From an uncultured Flavobacteriaceae bacterium (lineage in GTDB: Bacteria > Bacteroidota > Bacteroidia > B-17B0 > Aurantibacillaceae), in the NCBI GenBank assembly GCA_964601535.1, contig CAZRNW010000001.1, positions 1-34,090 of the forward strand: a stretch of 34,090 nt of DNA. The letters run 5' to 3'. Below, piece after piece: positions 1 through 8,924 of the stretch. The position numbers and the translations under genes are program-made. The notes below the pieces were generated by a model, which was not told the origin of the DNA, did no database searches, and saw nothing but the letters and a program-made list of their open reading frames with translations. The first letter of the stretch is position 1. Each line of letters begins with the position of its first letter.

Positions 1-2456
1 GAAATACAACAGATACTTTAACAAATAAAACAATTGATGGTGACAATAATACAGTCCAAGATCTTGCTCTTTCTTCATTAAAAACTAATCTTACTGATGC
101 GAGCAAGTTTTTAGTACGAGATGCATCTGGTGTTGTAGTTTCAAATACAAAAGCGGTTCCAACTGGTGTTGTTGTTGGAGATACAGATAGTCAAACTCTT
201 ACAAATAAAACTCTTACTTCTCCTGTTATTACAACTCCAACGGGGATTACAAAATCTGATGTTGGTCTTGGAAACGTAGATAATACATCAGATGCAACAA
301 AGAATGCGGCCTCAGTAACATTAACAAATAAAACAATTGATGGAGATGATAATACAGTTCAGGATCTCGCTTTAACTTCATTAAAGACTAATATTACGGA
401 CGCTAGTAAATTTATTGTTAGAGATGCCTCTGGTATTCCAGTTTCAAATACGAAAGCTGTACCTTCTGGTGTAGTAGTCGGGACTACGGATACTCAAACT
501 CTTTCTGCAAAAACATTCTCAGATGCCGTTACCCTCGCTGAAATAGCTACTCCTAGTACACCAAGCTCAGGAAACGGCAAAATTTATTTCAAGAGTGATG
601 GTTTCCTGTATCAATTAAATGATGATGGAACTGAAACTAAGGTAGGCGCTGGAAGCGGCGGCATTAATTACATTACAAATTCTGATTTAGAAAGTAACGT
701 TAGCGGTTATGTTGCCTATGCTGATGCTGCTGGAGTTGCTCCTGTGGACGGAACTGGCGGTGCTCCAACTGTCACAGCCACTCGTTCAACGTCTTCTCCA
801 TTACGCGGAACAGCATCATTATTACTCACAAAGGATGCTGCGAATAGACAAGGTGAGGGCATTTCATATGATTTTACTATTGCGTCGGCTGATAAAGGTA
901 AGGTGCTCCAAATTTCAATGGAATATGCAATTGGAAGTGGAACCTATGCTGATGATGATGTGCGTATATATGTTTATGATATTACAAATGCGACTTTAAT
1001 TTATCCTGTTCCATATTTACTTAAAAACCACACTTTAGCTGCTGAACGATTTGGTTTGGAGTTTCAATCTAGCTCATCTTCAACAAGCTATCGTTTGATT
1101 TTCCATGTTGCTTCAACTTCAGCTTCTGCTTACACATTAAAATTTGACACAATTTCGGTTGGACCACAAGCGAAATTGTATGGATCACCAATTACCGATT
1201 GGGTCTCTACGCCAGTACCATCTAGTTCTATAACAAATATGACTCGTGATGCCTATAATTGGAAACGAGTTGGTGATGAGGCGATAATTCAATTATCAGG
1301 CACATTTACTGGAGCTGGATCTCTTGGAAGTTTAACACCAGCTCAATTTCTTCCTTCAGGATTATCATTAGATACAACTAAAATTGCTGCGTTTGCTGCT
1401 GGTGCAAATAACGATGTTACCTCAGTGGGTACATATGCTGCAGTAGACGCCGGAGTGGTATATTATACCGGAATTGTTACTTATGATAAAACAGCCAATA
1501 CCTTCTTTTTACTAAGTGAAGCGACTGGGAGTCCGCCCTTTACGCCGGGATCTGGTGATGGGATGGCTATACTTATTCGAGTTCCTATTCTCGGTTGGTC
1601 ATCCTCTGTTATTATGTCAAATGATACTGATACAAGAGTTGTAATTGCTCAAGCAACAGGTAATGCCGCAAGTGCTTCTAGCACAAATCCTATTATTTTT
1701 CCTACAGTAAATTTTGATACACATAATGCATACAATAGTAGTACTGGTCGATACACTGTTCCTGTTTCTGGATATTATAAAATCTACGGAGCTATGTCTA
1801 CAGCTAATGCTGCAGTAGGTTTAAATATTTATAAAGATGCGTCAATTGGTCCATTTATAGGTTTTACAGACTCAAATGGTGAAGTTACTATTTCGGGTGT
1901 TATTTATGCTAATGCTGGTCAAATTCTTGATGTTCGTCCGGGAGCTACGTTAGATGCTGACGCAAGTTCCTCTCTTAACTTTGAAAAAATTTCAGGTCCC
2001 TCTCAGATTGCTGCGAGTGAAACGATTTCAGCAAAATATCGTTCAACAGTTGCTAACAATTTAGTAACTGATACAATTATTGATTTTGCGACAAAAGAAT
2101 GGGATAGCCACGGGGCTGTTACTACTGGTGCTTCTTGGAAATTTACGGCACCAATTTCTGGTGAATATGAAGTAAATGTAAATTACTTTTTAGCAGGCGG
2201 AACCGCAGCGGCAATTGGAAATTTTGTTGGCGCAACACTTAGAAAAAACGGAGCAGCTTCTGGTGACTTTATTGCAGGCGATTACGTTCGAACAACATCC
2301 TCAATTACGAAAAAATTTAATGGTACAGTGTCAATCAAATTATTGGCTGGCGAATATATTGATTTACGTGGTTATAATGACACTGGACAAACTCATGCTG
2401 CTCAAACAACTGCCGGATTAAATTATATTGAAATTAAAAGAACAGGAAATTACTAA
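1..2456 (+). CDS. Tail fibre / receptor-binding protein; the 5' end lies outside the window
   Basis: Frame 3 is open from nt 3 with no stop, and the track ORF at 744 merely begins at an internal GTG. The N-terminal part carries fibre-type repeats (TLTNKTIDGDxNTVQDLAL.SLKTN.TDASKF.VRDASG). The middle is beta-sandwich-like. The C-terminus has two C1q/TNF-like signatures (GRYTVPVSGYYKIYG; WKFTAPISGEYEVNVNYF). Confidence 0.8.
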   Translation, partial: NTTDTLTNKTIDGDNNTVQDLALSSLKTNLTDASKFLVRDASGVVVSNTKAVPTGVVVGDTDSQTLTNKTLTSPVITTPTGITKSDVGLGNVDNTSDATKNAASVTLTNKTIDGDDNTVQDLALTSLKTNITDASKFIVRDASGIPVSNTKAVPSGVVVGTTDTQTLSAKTFSDAVTLAEIATPSTPSSGNGKIYFKSDGFLYQLNDDGTETKVGAGSGGINYITNSDLESNVSGYVAYADAAGVAPVDGTGGAPTVTATRSTSSPLRGTASLLLTKDAANRQGEGISYDFTIASADKGKVLQISMEYAIGSGTYADDDVRIYVYDITNATLIYPVPYLLKNHTLAAERFGLEFQSSSSSTSYRLIFHVASTSASAYTLKFDTISVGPQAKLYGSPITDWVSTPVPSSSITNMTRDAYNWKRVGDEAIIQLSGTFTGAGSLGSLTPAQFLPSGLSLDTTKIAAFAAGANNDVTSVGTYAAVDAGVVYYTGIVTYDKTANTFFLLSEATGSPPFTPGSGDGMAILIRVPILGWSSSVIMSNDTDTRVVIAQATGNAASASSTNPIIFPTVNFDTHNAYNSSTGRYTVPVSGYYKIYGAMSTANAAVGLNIYKDASIGPFIGFTDSNGEVTISGVIYANAGQILDVRPGATLDADASSSLNFEKISGPSQIAASETISAKYRSTVANNLVTDTIIDFATKEWDSHGAVTTGASWKFTAPISGEYEVNVNYFLAGGTAAAIGNFVGATLRKNGAASGDFIAGDYVRTTSSITKKFNGTVSIKLLAGEYIDLRGYNDTGQTHAAQTTAGLNYIEIKRTGNY
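15..503 (+). repeat. Intragenic direct repeat: two 186-nt copies (15-200 and 318-503), offset 303 nt = 101 codons
   Basis: Direct reading shows ACA AAT AAA ACA ATT GAT GG at 21 and again at 324. Both copies end in CAAACTCTT (200 and 503). The protein repeat is conserved with mostly synonymous or conservative changes. More copies may lie upstream of the window. Confidence 0.85.
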
Positions 2457-2692
2457 TGAAATCTGAACAACAACGATTAGATGAATATCTAGCCCAAAAT
2501 AATTCAATTGACGATTTCAATTATGTTAAAGGAATTATACCAATTTGGTTAAATGATATTAAATATAATTTTGATAATTATACACAAACAGGTTTAAAAC
2601 CGATAACAGATTCTGATTTATTATTATTTAAAGCAATGCTTGAAGAAGGACTTAATAAAATCAATCTTGAAAAAGAAGACAGAGGACTTTAA
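2456..2692 (+). CDS. Hypothetical 78-aa protein between the fibre and tailspike genes (possible fibre assembly or adaptor factor)
   Basis: ATG start overlaps the upstream stop (TAATG), and its own stop is coupled to the next start in the same way. No recognisable motif. Confidence 0.5.
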   Translation: MKSEQQRLDEYLAQNNSIDDFNYVKGIIPIWLNDIKYNFDNYTQTGLKPITDSDLLLFKAMLEEGLNKINLEKEDRGL

Positions 2693-4275
2693 TGGCAATT
2701 GGCGCTTCAATTTGTGAAATTAGAGCAACCGGAGCTACTACTAATGGTGGCGGCTTTGTTATTGGAGCATCTGGAGTTGATTACTCTCAACAAGATAGTG
2801 CTCAATATGCATTAACCGGGCTTATAAGTGCTGGAGCTGGAGATACACTTCTTTCTGCTGCTGCTGCTGCTGACATGGTTGGAAATTGGGTATGTGCCAC
2901 TTCTGGAACAAATATAAATCAAGGATTTTATGCTGTAGCATCTGTTGTTGTTGGAGTTTCTATAACTTTTACAACAAATAAGGCAGGAACTTCTATTGCT
3001 TCAGGTATTGTAGCAAATGGTGTTATTAATATTGGTGGAGCATTTAAATTAGGAGCAACATCTGCCGGAAGAACTGATGATAACTTTTTTGAAGAAGCAC
3101 CAAATACTGGCGGAAACACCTATTATATTAAAGGAGCACATACAGTTGGAGGTGCTATTTCTTTATCTGCTACTGGAGTAGCTACATTAAAAAATATTAT
3201 TGTTGGTTATAATAGTGTTAGAGGTGATAATCCTACTATTACATCTGGAAATCAACCTAGTATAGCTGCTGGTATAAATGCATTTACTTTAGGAAATCAT
3301 TGGGAAATATTTTATGTTACTACTACAACAACTTCCGCAACTGGTGTTACTATTGGAGCAACATCTAAAATAACATCTTGTAAAATTATAAATAGTTCTG
3401 GAACGGCAAATCGAATAGCTTTAGGTTTAGGAAATGGCAGTTCTTTTGTTATTGGATGTGAATTAACATCAACAAATGGATATGCTATATCTTTTCCAAA
3501 TGCAAATGGACATTTTATAAAAGATAATCGTATTTTTGGATCAGTTAGTGGTATTCGTCCATCTGGGGCATTTTCTGGGACATTATATATTATTGAAAAT
3601 ATTATTTCAGGTTGTTCCACTGCCGGAATTGATTTGTCGGCAGGAGCTTTTACTGGAATGACAATTATTAGTTCTAATACTTTATATGGAGCTTCTACTC
3701 CTGCCGGTTCAGGTTTAGCTTTTGCTGCAAGTTCTGGCGGAATAAATCTTATTTCAAATATTTTTGCAAATTGGACAACTGGTGTTAATGGAGGTGGAGC
3801 AATTACTGCTCAATTCGCTATGAATAATAATTTCTTTGGAAATACAACTGACAGAATAAATTTTGCTATAGGAGCTGGTGATATTTCATTAAATCCAGGA
3901 TTTGTAAACGCCGCTAGTGGAAATTTTGCAACAGGAATTAATATGCAAAGAGTTGGCGGTTTAAGTTCGGCTTTTCCTGCCGGTTTAACTTCAACATATA
4001 GAGATATTGGAGCAGCTCAAGCTGATCAATCTTTATGGTTTACAGATATTGGTGAAAATAATGTAATTACTACTGCAGGAAATTATAAATATAATTCAAG
4101 TTCAAATAATAGAGTCCCGACAGTTGTTCAGCCCGCAACAGGAGATGTTCGTTCAGGAACAACTTATGGTCCCAATTCTTCATTAAGCGGAACATTAGTA
4201 GCTACTCCTCCGCCTGTGAAGAAAACATCAAGTTCGACATCTAAAATGGTTCGAAAAACAAGTGAAGCTTCTTAA
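2692..4275 (+). CDS. Right-handed parallel beta-helix protein, putative tailspike / polysaccharide depolymerase
   Basis: Repeated roughly 22-25 aa coils typical of pectate-lyase-like helices: ITSCKIINSSGTANRIALG, FVIGCELTS, FIKDNRIFGS, YIIENIISGCSTAGIDLS, IISSNTLYGAS, NLISNIFANWTTGV, MNNNFFGNTT. It sits among fibre genes. Confidence 0.65.
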   Translation: MAIGASICEIRATGATTNGGGFVIGASGVDYSQQDSAQYALTGLISAGAGDTLLSAAAAADMVGNWVCATSGTNINQGFYAVASVVVGVSITFTTNKAGTSIASGIVANGVINIGGAFKLGATSAGRTDDNFFEEAPNTGGNTYYIKGAHTVGGAISLSATGVATLKNIIVGYNSVRGDNPTITSGNQPSIAAGINAFTLGNHWEIFYVTTTTTSATGVTIGATSKITSCKIINSSGTANRIALGLGNGSSFVIGCELTSTNGYAISFPNANGHFIKDNRIFGSVSGIRPSGAFSGTLYIIENIISGCSTAGIDLSAGAFTGMTIISSNTLYGASTPAGSGLAFAASSGGINLISNIFANWTTGVNGGGAITAQFAMNNNFFGNTTDRINFAIGAGDISLNPGFVNAASGNFATGINMQRVGGLSSAFPAGLTSTYRDIGAAQADQSLWFTDIGENNVITTAGNYKYNSSSNNRVPTVVQPATGDVRSGTTYGPNSSLSGTLVATPPPVKKTSSSTSKMVRKTSEAS

Positions 4276-4284
4276 GGAGAATAA

Positions 4285-4521
4285 ATGAGTCAATCAAAAC
4301 TCGATGCAAATCAGGTAATTAAAAGTGTGTATAGCTCCTCTGATGAGGCTTTAAAAATTTCTAATATTTCTGGTTTGGTCCCCGAATCTTATGACACAAT
4401 TGAAATGACGTATAGTGGTTCAGATTTGTCTACCGTAATATATAAAAAAGATGGAAACACAATAGCAACTCTAACTTTAACCTACAGTTCGGGCAATTTA
4501 TCTAGCGTGGTACGATCATAA
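4285..4521 (+). CDS. Small virion-module protein with an N-terminal KLDANQVIK motif (paralogous N-terminus to 6727..7200)
   Basis: GGAGA Shine-Dalgarno 7 nt upstream of the ATG. MSQSKLDANQVIKSVY matches MAMTKLDANQVIKTVF of the ORF at 6727. Confidence 0.5.
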   Translation: MSQSKLDANQVIKSVYSSSDEALKISNISGLVPESYDTIEMTYSGSDLSTVIYKKDGNTIATLTLTYSSGNLSSVVRS

Positions 4522-4522
4522 T

Positions 4523-5149
4523 ATGAATTATAGAGATTTTAATCCTATACAAATTGATTTAACAGTAACTAAACGTGAATCTGATTGGGTTCAAGTTTGT
4601 CCTCATTGTCAAAATGAAAGAACACTTACTTATTGTCAAGCTTGGAATATTAAAAAACAAAAATGTAAAAAAGAATGTAAACCTTGTGCATTAGAATTAG
4701 GATTAATAACTATTAATATAATTGGTTTAGAACATGGTAGAAAATTTTATCCAAGAAAAAATAAATATAAAGGTAATAAATATACTTTATATAAAAATAT
4801 ATTTAATAATCCAAGTCATAATTCTGATATTAAAGAAAAAATGCGAAAAGCAAAATTAGGTAAAAGAGGAAAAGATACAAATAATTGGCAAGGTGGAAAA
4901 ATTTCAGATAGAAAACTTGAAATGTCTAGAGATACTTATAAACAATGGAGAACCTCTATTTTTCGACGAGATAATTATACATGTCAAATTTGTTTTGAAA
5001 GAGGCGGAAATTTAGAAGCAGATCATATTAAAGAATGGTGTAATTATCCTGAATTAAGATATGAATTAAATAATGGTCGAACTCTTTGTGTTGAATGTCA
5101 TAAAAAAACAGATAATTATGGACATAAAGCAAAAAGGAAAAGTGCATAA
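4523..5149 (+). CDS. HNH homing endonuclease (with a NUMOD3-like basic repeat)
   Basis: [19 protein letters not shown]...[15 protein letters not shown] is an HNH/His-Me finger with Cys pairs. [20 protein letters not shown] is NUMOD-like. The gene is inserted between structural genes with 1-nt spacing. Confidence 0.85.
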   Translation: MNYRDFNPIQIDLTVTKRESDWVQVCPHCQNERTLTYCQAWNIKKQKCKKECKPCALELGLITINIIGLEHGRKFYPRKNKYKGNKYTLYKNIFNNPSHNSDIKEKMRKAKLGKRGKDTNNWQGGKISDRKLEMSRDTYKQWRTSIFRRDNYTCQICFERGGNLEADHIKEWCNYPELRYELNNGRTLCVECHKKTDNYGHKAKRKSA

Positions 5150-6714
5150 TGCCGGTTTTATTTAATGTGTTTACAGGTACGCTTGATTATATAGACCAAG
5201 GCGGAACTTTATGGTTACCTCCTGTATCAAATGAAGCAGCTTTACCCTTAACAGACCCCGATGGTTCTGCTCGTGTCGTTCTAAATCAAGAAGCTGTTTA
5301 TGTTTTTAATAGTTCTACAACACAATGGTATAGATCAGTTCCTGTTATTATTTCACCGGACGCGAGTTCTACCGCAAATGGTATTTCTCTTACTGCTGTA
5401 GATACCGGAGACATTACAAAATTTTCTTTAAAACTTCATCCTGCTGATAATACAAATCCTGGTATAGTCACTACGGGAAGTCAAACTCTCGCTGGTGATA
5501 AAACATTTAATGATGACGTTATTATTCAGGGCGATTTAACTGTAAACGGGACAACTGTTACAATTAACGCTACAAACTTAGATGTCGAAGATAAAAGCAT
5601 TACTGTCAATTTTGGCGGAAATGATGCGTCCTCTGAGGGAGCAGGGCTCCTTGTCGATAGGACAGGAACTAAGGGTAGTATTATTTATGCTAACGCAGCG
5701 ACTTCAAAATTTAAAGTTGGAGATTTAGCTTCCGAAGCCGAAATCGCAACAATATCTCATAGCCAAACGTTAACAAATAAATCAATAGATGCTGATGCAA
5801 ATACTATTACAAATATTGAAAATGCTGACATTAAGGTCGGTGCGGCCATTGATGCTGCTAAAATATCAAACGGTCTTATTTCTAATACTGAATTTGACTT
5901 TTTAGATAACGTTAGTTCAAATATTCAAACACAATTAAACAATAAACAACCTCTTGATGCTACGCTAACTTCGTTAGCGGCATACAACACAAACGGACTT
6001 CTAACACAGACTGCGGCTGATACGTTCGCGGGGCGAACGTTGACTGCTGGTTCAAGTAAAATTACTATCGCTAATGGTAACGGAGTTTCAGGAAATCCTT
6101 CTATTGATGTTAGTGAAGCTAACATCGATCATGACGCCTTGTTAAATTTTGTTGCTAATGAACATGTTGATCATTCCAGTATAAATATAAATACCGCTGC
6201 TAATTCCGGTCTTGCTGGAGGCGGAGATATTACAACAAGTCGAAGTTTAGTTGTTGATGTAAATAATGCGACCGCTGAAACTATAGCCGATAATGCTGAT
6301 ACAATATTAATTTATGATAATTCTGCGACAGCTTTACGCAAACAAACTAGAAGTAACTTCCTAGGAGCTTCTGCTCCGGTTACTGGAGATCTTGGTCATA
6401 CAAGTTTTTCGTTAGCTAATAATCAAGTAGCTCCTGCGAACGTGACTGGATTAGCTTTTGCAAACGGAACAGTTAGAGGTGCTTTTATAAAGTATTCGGT
6501 ATTTATTGACGCAACAAGTGATTTATATGAATCTGGAGAATTAGAATTAATTCAAAGAGGATCAGATTGGGTTCTTTCTCAAGAAAGTACTGGAGATAAT
6601 ACTCTGGTTGTTTTTGATGTTGATACAAGCGGGCAAGTAACATATACTTCTGATAATTATAGCGGCTTTTCAAGTGGGACCATGAAATTTAGAGCCCAAG
6701 TTGTTAATGTGTAA
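5149..6714 (+). CDS. Second tail fibre protein
   Basis: [28 protein letters not shown] and [19 protein letters not shown] resemble the TLTNK(T/S)ID motif of fibre 1. The sequence is long and rich in Ser/Thr/Asn/Gly. Confidence 0.75.
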   Translation: MPVLFNVFTGTLDYIDQGGTLWLPPVSNEAALPLTDPDGSARVVLNQEAVYVFNSSTTQWYRSVPVIISPDASSTANGISLTAVDTGDITKFSLKLHPADNTNPGIVTTGSQTLAGDKTFNDDVIIQGDLTVNGTTVTINATNLDVEDKSITVNFGGNDASSEGAGLLVDRTGTKGSIIYANAATSKFKVGDLASEAEIATISHSQTLTNKSIDADANTITNIENADIKVGAAIDAAKISNGLISNTEFDFLDNVSSNIQTQLNNKQPLDATLTSLAAYNTNGLLTQTAADTFAGRTLTAGSSKITIANGNGVSGNPSIDVSEANIDHDALLNFVANEHVDHSSININTAANSGLAGGGDITTSRSLVVDVNNATAETIADNADTILIYDNSATALRKQTRSNFLGASAPVTGDLGHTSFSLANNQVAPANVTGLAFANGTVRGAFIKYSVFIDATSDLYESGELELIQRGSDWVLSQESTGDNTLVVFDVDTSGQVTYTSDNYSGFSSGTMKFRAQVVNV

Positions 6715-6726
6715 TAGGAGATTTAA

Positions 6727-7200
6727 ATGGCAATGACTAAATTAGATGCAAATCAAGTTATAAAAACAGTTTTTGATGAAGCATCAGGAACATTAAAAAC
6801 TTCAGCTACTGCTGGAACTTTTGAAGTTAGCATTGATGCTGATAGTGGTGATAGTATTGAAGTTCGTCCTATGGCAGTAGATAACACAGTTTTATTAAAT
6901 GCTGTTAGTGGCGGGGCTGATGTAAATAGTTCTGCTGTAGATATTATAAACTATAAAAGTTATTTTATTTCTTTAAGTTGGACTGGTATTGGGGGCGGAG
7001 TTGATGGTTCAATTTCGGTCCAAGTAAGTACTGATAATTCGACCTGGCATACTGTTGCTAGTTCTACAACAGCAATAGATGCTGCTGGTGACGAAGGTTT
7101 AGAAGTTGATGTTGCGAGTTATAGATATTTTAGATTATCTTATTCACATGGTACAAGTACTGGTGGAACAATCACAGCTAAATACGTTTTAAAAGGCTAA
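6727..7200 (+). CDS. Hypothetical 157-aa protein, N-terminal KLDANQVIK motif plus a probable beta-sandwich domain
   Basis: AGGAG Shine-Dalgarno upstream. The C-terminal region (SYRYFRLSYSHG) loosely resembles discoidin/CBM-type sandwiches. It follows fibre 2 the same way 4285..4521 follows the tailspike. Confidence 0.5.
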   Translation: MAMTKLDANQVIKTVFDEASGTLKTSATAGTFEVSIDADSGDSIEVRPMAVDNTVLLNAVSGGADVNSSAVDIINYKSYFISLSWTGIGGGVDGSISVQVSTDNSTWHTVASSTTAIDAAGDEGLEVDVASYRYFRLSYSHGTSTGGTITAKYVLKG

Positions 7201-7202
7201 TA

Positions 7203-7607
7203 ATGGGTAAAGTTCATATTAATAGTGAAAAGCAAAATAGAAAAAAAATAAAACATGAAAATGTTTTACCCTTAAATCCTATTATTGGTCCAGGATTACT
7301 TCAAAAGGAAGAACAATCTTTATCTTCTGAAGTTGCTGAAAAAATTAGAGAAGTAATAAAAGAAGTTCCGGTTATCCAGTATATAGAAAGACCCATAGAA
7401 GTTATTAAAACTGTTGAAATTTTAGTTCCTTCAGAACCAAAGATTGAAATAAAAGAAGTAGAAAAAATAATTGAAATTCCTAGAGATATTTTAACTATTA
7501 TAAAAGAAGTTCCTGATGATTATGAATCACTTAAAAAACAAAATAAATTATTAAAAATACTTGTCCCGATTTTTGCCGTGGTAGCGATAATCGGATTATT
7601 TATCTAA
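7203..7607 (+). CDS. Tail-anchored membrane protein with (I/V)KEV(P/E) repeats
   Basis: C-terminal hydrophobic segment LLKILVPIFAVVAIIGLFI. The repeats VIKEVPV, EIKEVEK and IIKEVPD are mirrored by repeated ATAAAAGAAGT in the DNA. Confidence 0.5.
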   Translation: MGKVHINSEKQNRKKIKHENVLPLNPIIGPGLLQKEEQSLSSEVAEKIREVIKEVPVIQYIERPIEVIKTVEILVPSEPKIEIKEVEKIIEIPRDILTIIKEVPDDYESLKKQNKLLKILVPIFAVVAIIGLFI

Positions 7608-7617
7608 AGGAGATAAC

Positions 7618-7938
7618 ATGGACATGAAGAATTTAATGCAAATGTTAATGAATAAAGAAGACGAACAGCCGGAGATGTCTGATAGCGATATTATGGCTAA
7701 AATGGAAGTTTTAAAAGAACTTATTCAAATGGCTGAAGAAGCTGCCGGAAAGGGTGTTGGCGAAGGTCTTAAAAAAGTTACAGTCGCATCTCCTTCATCT
7801 GAAGGTTTAGAACAAGGTCTTGAAAAAGCTCAAGAATTAATTCCAAATGAAGGTGAAGAACCGATGGACGAAATGAGCGAAGAGATTATGGACGATGAAT
7901 CAGACGACGATGATTTAAAGAAAAAGTTTTTAAAATAA
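7618..7938 (+). CDS. Highly acidic 106-aa protein, function unknown
   Basis: AGGAGA Shine-Dalgarno upstream. The C-terminus is Glu/Asp-rich (EEPMDEMSEEIMDDESDDDD). Confidence 0.5.
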   Translation: MDMKNLMQMLMNKEDEQPEMSDSDIMAKMEVLKELIQMAEEAAGKGVGEGLKKVTVASPSSEGLEQGLEKAQELIPNEGEEPMDEMSEEIMDDESDDDDLKKKFLK

Positions 7939-7950
7939 TAGGGGTTTAGT

Positions 7951-8910
7951 ATGTCCCATTACATGACAAGTTCTGAATTGATTGCGAGTATTAAGCGCCG
8001 AGCTTTACTTCCTTCAAATCAAAACACTTTTACAAATAATGATTTTCTAGAATTAGCTAATGAAGAATTATCATTAGGATTGCTTCCTTCTATTCTTCGT
8101 TTACATGAAGATTATTTATTATATACAGAAGAAGTTGAACTTGAAGATGGACAGTCCCGTTATTCTATTCCTAGTCGTTCTATTGGTAACAAATTAAGAG
8201 AATTATCTTTTAAAGATACAAATGATAATATTTTTGAAATGACTAGAATTGGCATTCAAGATCTTCCTGATTATAATGATTCATATACAACGAATTTTTT
8301 CAAAACATTTTATGTTGAAAATAACGAAATTGTATTAGTTCCAACAATTAGTGGTACCGTAAGTGGATCGCTTATGATGAGTTACTATTTACGCCCAAAT
8401 GCGCTAGTTGAAGAAGATCGAGCTGCTAAAATTTTAAATATTAATACTGTTACTGGTGTATTAAATGTTGAGACTGTGCCTGAAGATTTTAGTACAGCAG
8501 ATAGTAATGGTCAATCGGTAAAATATGATTTAATAAAAAGTCAATCTCCCTTTATCACTTTACAAGCAAGTATTATCCCCACAGCAATTAATGCTACAAC
8601 AAAAGAAATCACTTTTGATCCAAATGATTTACCGTCATCTTTAGCGGTCGGGGACTATGTTAATTTTGAACATGAATGTATCATACCACAAATTCCTCAA
8701 GATCTTCATGTTGTATTAGCTCATCGTGTTGCTGCTCGATGTTTAGAAGCGTTAGGTGATGCTCAAGGATTGCAACTTGCAAATCAGAAATTATCTGAAA
8801 TGGAACTAAATACAACTAACTTAATTGATAATAGAGTAGAAGAAGCTCCTAGAAAAATTGTAAATAAACGTGGCACACTAAAATCCGGTCTTTATCGAAA
8901 ACGATGGTAA
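7951..8910 (+). CDS. Putative head-to-tail adaptor (T7 gp11 / tail tubular protein A-like)
   Basis: Sits immediately upstream of a very large tail gene. The N- and C-terminal helix patterns loosely resemble gp11-type adaptors (IPQDLHVVLAHRVAARCLEALGD). The call rests on position and weak pattern only. Confidence 0.4.
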   Translation: MSHYMTSSELIASIKRRALLPSNQNTFTNNDFLELANEELSLGLLPSILRLHEDYLLYTEEVELEDGQSRYSIPSRSIGNKLRELSFKDTNDNIFEMTRIGIQDLPDYNDSYTTNFFKTFYVENNEIVLVPTISGTVSGSLMMSYYLRPNALVEEDRAAKILNINTVTGVLNVETVPEDFSTADSNGQSVKYDLIKSQSPFITLQASIIPTAINATTKEITFDPNDLPSSLAVGDYVNFEHECIIPQIPQDLHVVLAHRVAARCLEALGDAQGLQLANQKLSEMELNTTNLIDNRVEEAPRKIVNKRGTLKSGLYRKRW

Positions 8911-8924
8911 TTTAGGAGTTAAAG

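Noticed and set aside
709-999. Track ORFs nested out of frame or antisense within long genes. Examples are 709..999, 2215..2421, 2928..3119, 3312..3620, 5925..6125, 9117..9423, 9709..9897, 10178..10423, 11064..11273, 13067..13279, 16151..16366, 17390..17689, 18155..18358 and 19060..19275.
   Set aside because: Each lies wholly inside a much longer ORF with clear protein-like motifs. They have low-complexity or Leu/Phe/Ile-rich translations typical of off-frame reading of AT-rich DNA, and no Shine-Dalgarno sites were seen.
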